A stretch of DNA of 64,000 nucleotides, from positions 1 to 64,000 of IMG/VR virus record IMGVR_UViG_3300027573_000779, one strand, 5' to 3'. The position numbers were made by a program, and so were the translations under genes. The notes beneath the pieces are model-generated. The model did not search any database and was not told the origin of the DNA. It was given only the letters and a program-made list of their open reading frames with translations. Each line of letters begins with the position of its first letter. The first letter of the stretch is position 1. Of this stretch, positions 8,497 through 15,953 are shown one piece after another.

Positions 8497-8719
8497 AATA
8501 TGGTTTCGGCTGTCCTAAGACAATGTTGGATTTGGCCGATAGCTCCTGCCATGCCCACAACACCCTAAGCAGTTGAACTTCACGTTCTGTTGGCTTGAGT
8601 TGCTCCAGTGTTGGGGCCGAGATAAACCCTCGTGGTGATTCCTTCTCAGTCACGGCTTCTATGTCTGTCATAAAACTAAACAGAAGACCAGTTTTTTCCC
8701 AATTCAAACATCGCCTCAA
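8489..8719 (-). CDS. Hypothetical protein
   Basis: ORF track; true start probably downstream of the annotated one. Confidence 0.4.
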   Translation of the reverse strand: MRRCLNWEKTGLLFSFMTDIEAVTEKESPRGFISAPTLEQLKPTEREVQLLRVLWAWQELSAKSNIVLGQPKPYCS

Positions 8720-9050
8720 GCTGTTTGGGCGAAATAAGCTTTCGCTTTACTTCTACATAATGATTTGATTTGCTATCTGGATTTGCATAACCAACTTCTC
8801 TTTCAATACCAATAATTGACGCGGTATAAACTCCGTCTGAAGAAGCTCTTTCAATAGCTTTCTCAAGAACGTCACTGCGTTTCTTTTCTACGTATTTATA
8901 AAGAAAATGACAAACGCCTAAATTACCTACAAGTTCAACTCTCCGTTCAATGAAATATTTGTTGTATGTTTTTGCCGCTTCTACAGGTTTAATAAACAAT
9001 CCAATAAACGGAAGTGACGCTAATAGATTGATAAAATTCCTTCTTTTCAT
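8676..9050 (-). CDS. Hypothetical protein with twin-arginine (Tat)-like signal peptide
   Basis: MKRRNFINLLASLPFIGLFIKPVEAA. Confidence 0.6.
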   Translation of the reverse strand: MKRRNFINLLASLPFIGLFIKPVEAAKTYNKYFIERRVELVGNLGVCHFLYKYVEKKRSDVLEKAIERASSDGVYTASIIGIEREVGYANPDSKSNHYVEVKRKLISPKQLEAMFELGKNWSSV

Positions 9051-9061
9051 AAAACAATAGA

Positions 9062-9307
9062 TTAATAATATTGCTGTAAGTATTCCTTCACGGCTTTAAG
9101 CAGCTTTTTTGAAGGCTTATCAATCATTTTTACCTCAATATCAACAAAAGGTTTTAAAAGCTCTGGAATCCTATCTAGTTCGAGCACAGTATCAGAATAG
9201 TCAAGATGCGAAACTGGCACTCCATCTTTGACTAAAACTAGAATTTCGCCAAAATCTTCTAATCCTTCATAATCACAAGTGTTATCAATATATTCAATCG
9301 TTACCAT
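9062..9307 (-). CDS. Hypothetical protein, paralog of 9294-9563 (start revised to MVTIEY)
   Basis: Aligns end to end with the upstream ORF (MVxIEYIxNTxDxxGLExF...KPSKKL). Confidence 0.65.
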   Translation of the reverse strand: MVTIEYIDNTCDYEGLEDFGEILVLVKDGVPVSHLDYSDTVLELDRIPELLKPFVDIEVKMIDKPSKKLLKAVKEYLQQYY

Positions 9308-9563
9308 CGCTATAACCTTCTTTTTTAAGATATTCTTTAATGAGCTTAACCAACTTCTTAGACGGCTTTTCAATCTTGTGAACTTCAACATCGATTCCAA
9401 AGTGCTTTAACACTCTTGGAAGAACATGCATATCAAGCGCATCGTTATTAATAAGATAAAGATGGTCAATGGGTTTGCCACCTTGTATAAAAATGGTAAT
9501 TTCGGGAAATCCCTCTAAACCATCAACATCATAAGTGTTGCCTATGTATTCTATTTTAACCAT
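9294..9563 (-). CDS. Hypothetical protein, paralog of 9062-9307
   Basis: Sequence similarity to neighbour. Confidence 0.65.
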   Translation of the reverse strand: MVKIEYIGNTYDVDGLEGFPEITIFIQGGKPIDHLYLINNDALDMHVLPRVLKHFGIDVEVHKIEKPSKKLVKLIKEYLKKEGYSDGND

Positions 9564-9569
9564 ATGTTT

Positions 9570-9776
9570 TTAAAATTGGTAACCCTTCTCTAGAAACTCA
9601 AAACAAATTAAACACAAATGTTCTTTAGGTGGGTCGGGCTGGCAATCTTTATGAGCAATACCTATCTTTTTTGATTCACAAATTTTTGAACTAGAAACGC
9701 CACAATAAGTCTTTCCGTTTGGTGTAAGCAAATGCCACTTGTCGTTTCCCACAACCTTGTATATTGACATAAACAT
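9570..9776 (-). CDS. Small Cys/His-rich hypothetical protein
   Basis: WH...YCG...C...CLIC. Confidence 0.55.
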   Translation of the reverse strand: MFMSIYKVVGNDKWHLLTPNGKTYCGVSSSKICESKKIGIAHKDCQPDPPKEHLCLICFEFLEKGYQF

Positions 9777-9779
9777 AAC

Positions 9780-9936
9780 TGATGGATGTAATCAGATTCG
9801 AACTGATACCACGCCCTTATTAGGCGTTAAAGCTATTTCATCAATCTGCTACTAGGCTTACAGAGGATATCATGGTCTGCTCTCCACAAACTAACTACTT
9901 TAATCTTTACGATTGCTACCGTTACAACATACACCC
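9780..9936 (-). ncRNA. 157-nt tRNA-like RNA with alanine identity (G3.U70, A73) and a ~90-nt insert replacing the anticodon arm
   Basis: GGGTGTA/TACATCC acceptor, TTGT-AACGGTA-GCAA D arm, ATCAG-TTCGAAT-CTGAT T arm, 3' ATCA. Confidence 0.75.
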
Positions 9937-9942
9937 ACAAAC

Positions 9943-12135
9943 TCACAAGTATTTCGACAAAATCATATCTGTCTCAAATGGAGTCGTTTCAGCCGAAAAA
10001 ACCACGTCTGCCTTCTCTGATTTATTTACCAACTTTCCGCGACCTTCTGCGTGCATAGAAAGCAAATCAAACAGATTGGGTTTAACAAGTTTGCACATTG
10101 CCTTACAAACCAAGCTAGTACTCTTTGAATTTGCGACCGCTGCATTTACAAAGTTTGGATTAGATTTCATTGACAAGTCTAACCATACTACTTGCCGCTC
10201 TTTAACATCAATCAGTAATGGTAGAGCTACCGCTGTATCAGCCGTAATGTCAATTTTGTTTTTGACAGTTCGAGCCTCAAAAATTTCACCTGAATTGGGT
10301 TTTTTGCGACCCATCCAACCCGCAAAACATTCTGGCAAATCATGATAAGGTTGTCCAGTATAGCAACGAACACTCATTACAATATAGCGTCCGTTTTGTT
10401 CCATTACATTACTCATTGGAATGTCAATGAATTCCGCTGCTCCATTAGGGGCATTAGTAATATCCCCACTGTGAGCGCCGCCCATATCCTTGAGATTATA
10501 ATACGCAATATCAGTTATGCGTTCAAAGTCTTCGCCAAGAATGGTGGCTGTTAAATCAATATCTGTTCTGCTTTCTCCGTTTTTCCACCAAACAAAGAAG
10601 CGAATGGTGTCGTAATCCCCATCCAAAGGAATCTTGGAACCTCTTACTAGGGTCTTAAGAGCTTTGGACGCACTACGTTGTGAAAACGGAACCTTATAAT
10701 TCTTTAAAGCATCATCAAGATACACGTTACCCAAAGGCTCTAGTTCCGAAAAGCGAGCTACTAAAACATCTCGTGCTTCTTTCACCACTGAATCACAAAA
10801 AGTCTGATTTAAGGGTATAGGAGCAGTATCCAATACTTTAATTTTGGCCAAGTTCCCCTTAGGGAATACAGCATGAAAATCATTTTGATTGCGTTCTTTG
10901 AAATGAGTAAACACCTGAAGCAAAACAGGAGTAGAAACTTTTGAAGCTACGTCTGAAAAACACCCTAATAGTTTCTTGCGCTCTTTGTCACTAGACGCAA
11001 GCCTAAAGATATGGTCCAGCCTTCGGGCAAAATCTCCCGGTCTAGTCCTAAGAAGTTCTACACTCTCTTTTAAATCTCCTTCTAAAAGAGATTTTTCGAC
11101 TTTTGAGTTGAAAGTGACAATTTTGACGTTATCACGTAATTTTGAAAAAGCAGCGAAAGTTACCGGAAACTGTTTCTTATAGTCGCCGGGATGAAGAACT
11201 TCCCCAAGCCTTATCCAACGTTCATCATATTTAACCATTTCTTCGGCTAAACTTGTTTTGCAGGACTCAAGAAGTCCCAACAAAAACTTCCTTTTTCCTC
11301 TTGGAATTTTGATAAACTTGGTCGTATCCGCAAGTGACACGTCTCCTCCGCACAAAGCGGCAGCTAACCTCAATACATCCGTAGGGGTCTTTACATACTT
11401 CTCTAAGATTTTAGCAGAAGTTGTAAAAGAAATCATCCCACTCGCCACAACCGCAAGTTGTTCTTTGTGGGAAATAGTTTCTGGCAGCAAACGAACGATA
11501 TCGTTTTGATAATACGCAATAAAACTTAAAACAATCTCTTTGTCGGACGCTGAGATAGAAGATTTAGCTTGTACTAAAGAAGTAAAAATGGACTCAAAAT
11601 CATTTATGTCGCCAAGTTCAATAGTGTCAAGTTTAACAGGTTCAGCTAACGGCAACCTTTCTTTCTTCTCGTAAGTGGGAAGCCAAGTATCATCTATTAA
11701 ACCTAAATCCTTGAGCCAAAAAGTCCAGTAATGGCGAATCGCATTAGAGTAAAGCTCAAACTCGCTCATATCCATTACTTGTTGGGGGAAATTTGGATAC
11801 ATTGGCCTGAAAGCCCTATGCGCTCCCCGCATTGTCTTCAGAACAGGAACAACTTCTGCATAAAAATCAGACAGTTGAGACTCAGTCAAGCGACTAAGAG
11901 CCTTAAAAAGAGTTGGACTGATGACATAACCTAGACTTTCAAGGTTCTTATCAATGGTCCCAACAAGCAAATCATTGTCCGAGCTTCTGCCTAATGGGGG
12001 AATAACCTTTAAACGCTTCTCTAGATAGATTTGAGTTACGTTCAAAGATTGCGGCACCTTGGTAACAATCGGCACTTGAGTTTTAGTTATTGCCGCCACT
12101 GGCCGTCTGATTGTTCTTCTAGTCGTTGTTCTCAT
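9943..12135 (-). CDS. Large helical (TROVE/Ro-like) protein with C-terminal TerD-like domain
   Basis: C-terminal IRFFVWWKNGESRTDIDL...HSGDITNAPNGAAEFIDI TerD-like motifs; the N-terminal RPGDFARRLD helical region is Ro-like by recalled family resemblance. Confidence 0.7.
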   Translation of the reverse strand: MRTTTRRTIRRPVAAITKTQVPIVTKVPQSLNVTQIYLEKRLKVIPPLGRSSDNDLLVGTIDKNLESLGYVISPTLFKALSRLTESQLSDFYAEVVPVLKTMRGAHRAFRPMYPNFPQQVMDMSEFELYSNAIRHYWTFWLKDLGLIDDTWLPTYEKKERLPLAEPVKLDTIELGDINDFESIFTSLVQAKSSISASDKEIVLSFIAYYQNDIVRLLPETISHKEQLAVVASGMISFTTSAKILEKYVKTPTDVLRLAAALCGGDVSLADTTKFIKIPRGKRKFLLGLLESCKTSLAEEMVKYDERWIRLGEVLHPGDYKKQFPVTFAAFSKLRDNVKIVTFNSKVEKSLLEGDLKESVELLRTRPGDFARRLDHIFRLASSDKERKKLLGCFSDVASKVSTPVLLQVFTHFKERNQNDFHAVFPKGNLAKIKVLDTAPIPLNQTFCDSVVKEARDVLVARFSELEPLGNVYLDDALKNYKVPFSQRSASKALKTLVRGSKIPLDGDYDTIRFFVWWKNGESRTDIDLTATILGEDFERITDIAYYNLKDMGGAHSGDITNAPNGAAEFIDIPMSNVMEQNGRYIVMSVRCYTGQPYHDLPECFAGWMGRKKPNSGEIFEARTVKNKIDITADTAVALPLLIDVKERQVVWLDLSMKSNPNFVNAAVANSKSTSLVCKAMCKLVKPNLFDLLSMHAEGRGKLVNKSEKADVVFSAETTPFETDMILSKYL

Positions 12136-12151
12136 TTTTTTTATAAAAGTA

Positions 12152-12213
12152 AGCGGAAACCGGTAAAGCTGGATTTTAGGATAAATTTAGAAGGAAGCTC
12201 TACCATAGCCGCT
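12152..12213 (-). ncRNA. Y-RNA-like hairpin, copy 2
   Basis: AGCGG/CCGCT closing stem, GGTAGAGCT/AGCTTTACC inner stem, conserved GAGCTTCCTTCTAAA. Confidence 0.6.
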
Positions 12214-12222
12214 CGATTTAAC

Positions 12223-12291
12223 AAACCGGGAACCACAAAAGCTGGTTTCATTCCAATAGATTTTAGAAGGAAGCTCTTATATAGCCGGTTT
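12223..12291 (-). ncRNA. Y-RNA-like hairpin, copy 1
   Basis: AAACCGG/CCGGTTT closing stem, AAGAGCT/AGCTTTT inner stem, same GAGCTTCCTTCTAAA core with different stem sequence. Confidence 0.6.
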
Positions 12292-12319
12292 GAAATTTCA
12301 AAATTCATCAACTGTCTGT

Positions 12320-12347
12320 ATCATACCAAATCTTTTCGAAAAGTCAA
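12320..12347 (-). promoter_or_regulatory. Sigma70-type promoter TTGACT-N16-TATGAT driving the hairpins and the TROVE-TerD gene
   Basis: TTGACTtttcgaaaagatttggTATGAT. Confidence 0.65.
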
Positions 12348-12357
12348 CAGGAAAAAA

Positions 12358-12444
12358 TGGTCCGAGAAAGGGCGCTCGCATCCCTACGGTATTTCTACAC
12401 CAGTTCCCAAAACTGGCCCGGTACTGTTTACGGTCTACTCTCGG
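12358..12444 (-). tRNA. tRNA-Pro(UGG) with an extra variable arm, A18 and G55
   Basis: CCGAGAG/TTCTCGG acceptor, CCAGT-TTTGGGA-ACTGG anticodon arm, 14-nt variable region with GTA-GAAA-TAC hairpin, T loop TGCGAGC, ACCA. Confidence 0.82.
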
Positions 12445-12466
12445 TTTCAAAAGCACAAAAAATACG

Positions 12467-12775
12467 CTATTTTAAACTCAATAATCTTTTACAACATTCA
12501 TCAATGGGATTAGCAGCTTGGGCTATCTCTGGATGACGTTCAATTAAAATTGCACAACAAAGTTTCCATTCTTCAACATGACTGCCGCCTAACATTTCTA
12601 GTTCTCGAACTATTCCTTCAAACTTAAGACAGTCATTAAGCCAAGCATTACATAAAAGGTCGCAATAATCAATTGAATACCCCGCTTCCTTTACAAGCTC
12701 GAAAATCATATCCAAAGGAAGTCCATGAGTGTCTTTTAGCTGAAAAACACCTTTGAAGAGTAGTTTGTCTTGCAT
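12467..12775 (-). CDS. Stand-alone fragment resembling the alanyl-tRNA synthetase tRNA-recognition helical domain
   Basis: GVFQLKDTHGLPLDMIFELVKEAGYSID matches the AlaRS AFxLYDT(Y/H)GFPxDLTxxIxxExGxxVD motif. Confidence 0.65.
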   Translation of the reverse strand: MQDKLLFKGVFQLKDTHGLPLDMIFELVKEAGYSIDYCDLLCNAWLNDCLKFEGIVRELEMLGGSHVEEWKLCCAILIERHPEIAQAANPIDECCKRLLSLK

Positions 12776-12820
12776 AAAATGGAGTTAAGCGGATAATACC
12801 TTGTAACCCCAAAAAAACCT

Positions 12821-12988
12821 AATCCTAAAAATGAACCGAATCCCGATTCTCCACGGTCATTTTCCGCATCCCTTTCAGGGATAACCCTTTTCGGGCTGCT
12901 ACCAAACGGATGTTTTAATTTAATTAATCGTATCTACTGATGGTTTCGCTATTAATCCCATCTGTATTTAAACTACATTTTTAGGACT
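12821..12988 (-). ncRNA. Unnamed ~168-nt structured RNA immediately 3' of tRNA-Gln
   Basis: 13-bp closing stem AGTCCTAAAAATG/CATTTTTAGGATT; internal hairpins GATGG/CCATC, GCCC-GAAAA-GGGT, ATCCC-TGAAA-GGGAT. Confidence 0.55.
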
Positions 12989-12996
12989 AAGTAAAT

Positions 12997-13070
12997 TGGC
13001 AGGCACAGTTGGTTACGCTCCAACGCCCCATGGTCCAAAGCCACGTACGCTACTATTACGCCATGTGCCA
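12997..13070 (-). tRNA. tRNA-Gln(UUG) with A18, A54, G55, U58 and a U1.U72 mismatch
   Basis: TGGCACA/TGTGCCT acceptor, CGTGG-CTTTGGA-CCATG anticodon arm, GTTGG-AGCGTAA-CCAAC T arm, GCCA. Confidence 0.9.
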
Positions 13071-13076
13071 ATTGTT

Positions 13077-13592
13077 TTAGAACGACAATCCAATGCCAAA
13101 ACTATACCTTAGACCATCATCACCTTCACTCACCCAATCCCAATTGAGACCAGCATAAATAAAAGCATTGTCAGAGGTATAATACTGAAGATAAGCCTCT
13201 GGCCCAGTGCGCCAAATTTCATCATCGTCACTATACATTATGCCTCCAGACCAGCCAGTATTCAGATAGATAGTGTCATTCCAAATATGCCATGACCAGT
13301 CCGCAAACAGGTCTGTATTGCCAGCAAAGGAAGGCTCCCAAAAAAGCCCCTGAGCCACACCCAACCAAATCTCGGGTCTTGCTTTAAAGGGGTTTACTGA
13401 TAAAGAAAGGTCTAACCCAAACAGGGACTCTCCTTTAATCTCTGTGCCGGAACCGCCCAAAGTAAACTCAACTCCTCCAGCTTGTTTTCCAGAACTTTCA
13501 AGCTCTGTTGCTAAAGCGAAGTTGGTTGTTTGAGCATTAACACTAAGCAAACAGCTTAGTCCAATAATTAACAGTGTTAGTTTGTGTTTCAT
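13077..13592 (-). CDS. Small outer-membrane beta-barrel-like protein
   Basis: Signal peptide, alternating aromatic/Gly beta strands, C-terminal YSFGIGLSF with terminal Phe (BAM-type signal). Confidence 0.7.
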   Translation of the reverse strand: MKHKLTLLIIGLSCLLSVNAQTTNFALATELESSGKQAGGVEFTLGGSGTEIKGESLFGLDLSLSVNPFKARPEIWLGVAQGLFWEPSFAGNTDLFADWSWHIWNDTIYLNTGWSGGIMYSDDDEIWRTGPEAYLQYYTSDNAFIYAGLNWDWVSEGDDGLRYSFGIGLSF

Positions 13593-13597
13593 TAAAA

Positions 13598-14656
13598 TTA
13601 ATCAGAATTCATGGGCGCAATCATCGAAAAAATCACCATCTTACAAAGCACCATAACTTGCTGTTTTGTGAGATTGTTCCCAGTAAGGTCAATTGTGACT
13701 TTAGAAGATGTTGTTGTGTCGCCTTTTAGAACATCTTTATACTTCATTGTGCCAACCAAGGCTGGAAGGGTAGTATCGGTTTCAAAAAAGTCAGATTCAT
13801 CACCTTCAGAAGCTGTAAAAACCGCGTTTTCTGATGGAGGAGGTTCGTTAACTCTGATATCAAACTGATATTCCCCTTCTCCTGTTACTTTTCGGTTGGG
13901 CGTTTCAACCCACCGAATATTCCCGCTCAAACGGTCAATCTTCACTGTGTTATTAACCACATATTGAACAGTAATATTGTTAAAGAACCATGAAAACTTG
14001 TCGTAATCATAGAGAGCTTCGCCATTGACAGTTACAGGCTGATACATTTGGATAGGGCCAGCCGCTATTACATGCTGGCGAAACTCCATTTTATCATATC
14101 TTTTTAAAGCCACTGTCATAATCTTTCCGCCAACTTTGCGCTTGATATTGACAGTTTCCCTTTTTAGAGTTTCCATCCAATTTGCAGGGCGAGCTAAGGG
14201 TTTTCCTACGGTAATACCAGCAAATTTGCTATCAAACCCCACCGCATTACCTCTAGGCAAAATACTCATTTGAACCGCGCCTGAATCATAGCGATAAGTC
14301 CCATCTTGGTCAATCCCAACCTTACCAAATATCCTGCCTACGTTAACTGATTGCGCCGGATTTTTAGGATTAACCACATCACAAGCTACATCAAATTCCA
14401 ATGATTTAGCTTGTTTTATTGTGCCACCTGTCCAGCCACCCATAATTAAAGGGGTGTCTTTTATGCTTCCTTTAAAAACCGCTGAATTGGACACATTAAT
14501 ATTCAAAGTATAAACATCTTTAATCCCTACTGCTTGGGGCGTTATTCGTGAGTTATACTGAATATCCATTTCGCCCTTAATGAAAGTCGGCGTATTGGTT
14601 TGTGCTACCACTTGGAACGCTAAAAATGCCAAGCAAGCACCCAGTTTTAGTTTCAT
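13598..14656 (-). CDS. Secreted/periplasmic beta-rich hypothetical protein
   Basis: Signal peptide MKLKLGACLAFLAFQVVA. Confidence 0.65.
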   Translation of the reverse strand: MKLKLGACLAFLAFQVVAQTNTPTFIKGEMDIQYNSRITPQAVGIKDVYTLNINVSNSAVFKGSIKDTPLIMGGWTGGTIKQAKSLEFDVACDVVNPKNPAQSVNVGRIFGKVGIDQDGTYRYDSGAVQMSILPRGNAVGFDSKFAGITVGKPLARPANWMETLKRETVNIKRKVGGKIMTVALKRYDKMEFRQHVIAAGPIQMYQPVTVNGEALYDYDKFSWFFNNITVQYVVNNTVKIDRLSGNIRWVETPNRKVTGEGEYQFDIRVNEPPPSENAVFTASEGDESDFFETDTTLPALVGTMKYKDVLKGDTTTSSKVTIDLTGNNLTKQQVMVLCKMVIFSMIAPMNSD

Positions 14657-14779
14657 CTATTGTGTTTCTTCTGTTTGAGTTGTGTTTTCTGTGTTTTGGT
14701 CGTTGTTCCCTGAAGTTACAACATAGAGAAGCAACAACACCCCAAAAATCAACACTGAAGCAATGATTTTAAACTTCAT
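14657..14779 (-). CDS. 40-aa single-TM protein absent from the ORF track (MKFKIIASVLIFGVLLLLYVVTSGNNDQNTENTTQTEETQ)
   Basis: Manual translation; the TAG stop directly abuts the ATG of the next gene. Confidence 0.6.
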   Translation of the reverse strand: MKFKIIASVLIFGVLLLLYVVTSGNNDQNTENTTQTEETQ

Positions 14780-14809
14780 AAAGCAATTCTATCAAGTTTT
14801 TTTAAAAAG

Positions 14810-15574
14810 TCAACCAGTGATTTTAGAGCGCGAAGTTGAAAGATTTTGTAAAGCCTCCTGTTCAGAAAGCCCTTTTAATTTTTCATCAAGAACGTTTTTG
14901 CTCCCTTTTTTGTTCTTATCGTCATCCAATAAGGCTATTTCAAGGTCCGCAAACGATTGATTGAGTTTGATTTGAACACTTTCTAGGGCAGTTTCAATAC
15001 AAATCTTATCAAAAGTGTCCCCTTCAATTTCTCCTGCCGCTTCGTTCATAGCCGCCGCCGCACAAGCCATCTTCCATTTCTTTTCTGTGCGTTTGATTGT
15101 CTCCGCAAAGTCCTGAAGAGTTACTTGGGCATCCTGATACACCCCTTGCCGATGTTCAAGCAATTGTCTCATTTTGGCCAACCGTTCTTTATAAACATCA
15201 GCGTCTTCAAGCCCGTCCTTCACGTATTGTTTAACTTGGTCCGCAAAAGTTAAAACCTGTGCCGAAAACTTACTAATATTTTCTTTATATTGGGCGAGCG
15301 CGTCTTGTTTCTTTATATACTGATTTTGTAATGTTTCAACGGGGTTTTTAGCGGACTCAGCTTTTAAGGCTTTTATACGCCAGTTTGCCATCTTCATTGC
15401 AAAGTATGGCAGAAAATTGATAATTCCCCAAGATATCCCGCCAGCAACCAAAAGACCAAATAATCCTTGAATGCTTAAAAAAACAAATGGAGCTACAAAA
15501 ACTCCTAGCACCCCAAGACCAATTACCTTCACTAATAATTCTATCCGTTTTCGTTTTTGTTCTAGGTCAGTCAT
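14810..15574 (-). CDS. Two-TM protein with long coiled coil (PspA/IM30-like architecture)
   Basis: Two N-terminal TM helices followed by ~170 aa of heptad helix ending KKWKMACAAAAMNEAAG. Confidence 0.55.
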   Translation of the reverse strand: MTDLEQKRKRIELLVKVIGLGVLGVFVAPFVFLSIQGLFGLLVAGGISWGIINFLPYFAMKMANWRIKALKAESAKNPVETLQNQYIKKQDALAQYKENISKFSAQVLTFADQVKQYVKDGLEDADVYKERLAKMRQLLEHRQGVYQDAQVTLQDFAETIKRTEKKWKMACAAAAMNEAAGEIEGDTFDKICIETALESVQIKLNQSFADLEIALLDDDKNKKGSKNVLDEKLKGLSEQEALQNLSTSRSKITG

Positions 15575-15948
15575 ATGTTTTGTAAAGATTTATATTTAAG
15601 TCTAATCAGTTCATCTAACGCTTTGCTTTGAACAATGGTTCCAGTTTCCCATCTTTTAACGCTTGCTACGCCAACATGTAAAAAACGCGCAAATTCTATT
15701 TGGGATAAATCTAATGAATTTCGAATTGCCAAAATCTCTTTTCCTGTTAAGAGATTTTGTTTTAGTCTATAAGCATCTACCGTATTCTTTCTTAATTCGT
15801 CTGCTTGTTCAAAGGTCACAGTTTTATATCCACACATAGTACATTCTTCGGCAGACGTAACAACTTCAAACTTTTCCCCATGAAACTCTTGTAAAATTGG
15901 GGCCTTCACTGTTTTAAACTCAGTATTGTTACAATCTAAACATATCAT
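15571..15948 (-). CDS. MqsA-like antitoxin (zinc ribbon + XRE HTH)
   Basis: CLDC...HGEKFEV...CTMCG zinc ribbon; IRNSLDLSQIEFARFLHVGVASVKRWETG HTH. Confidence 0.8.
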   Translation of the reverse strand: MICLDCNNTEFKTVKAPILQEFHGEKFEVVTSAEECTMCGYKTVTFEQADELRKNTVDAYRLKQNLLTGKEILAIRNSLDLSQIEFARFLHVGVASVKRWETGTIVQSKALDELIRLKYKSLQNI

Positions 15949-15953
15949 AAAAT

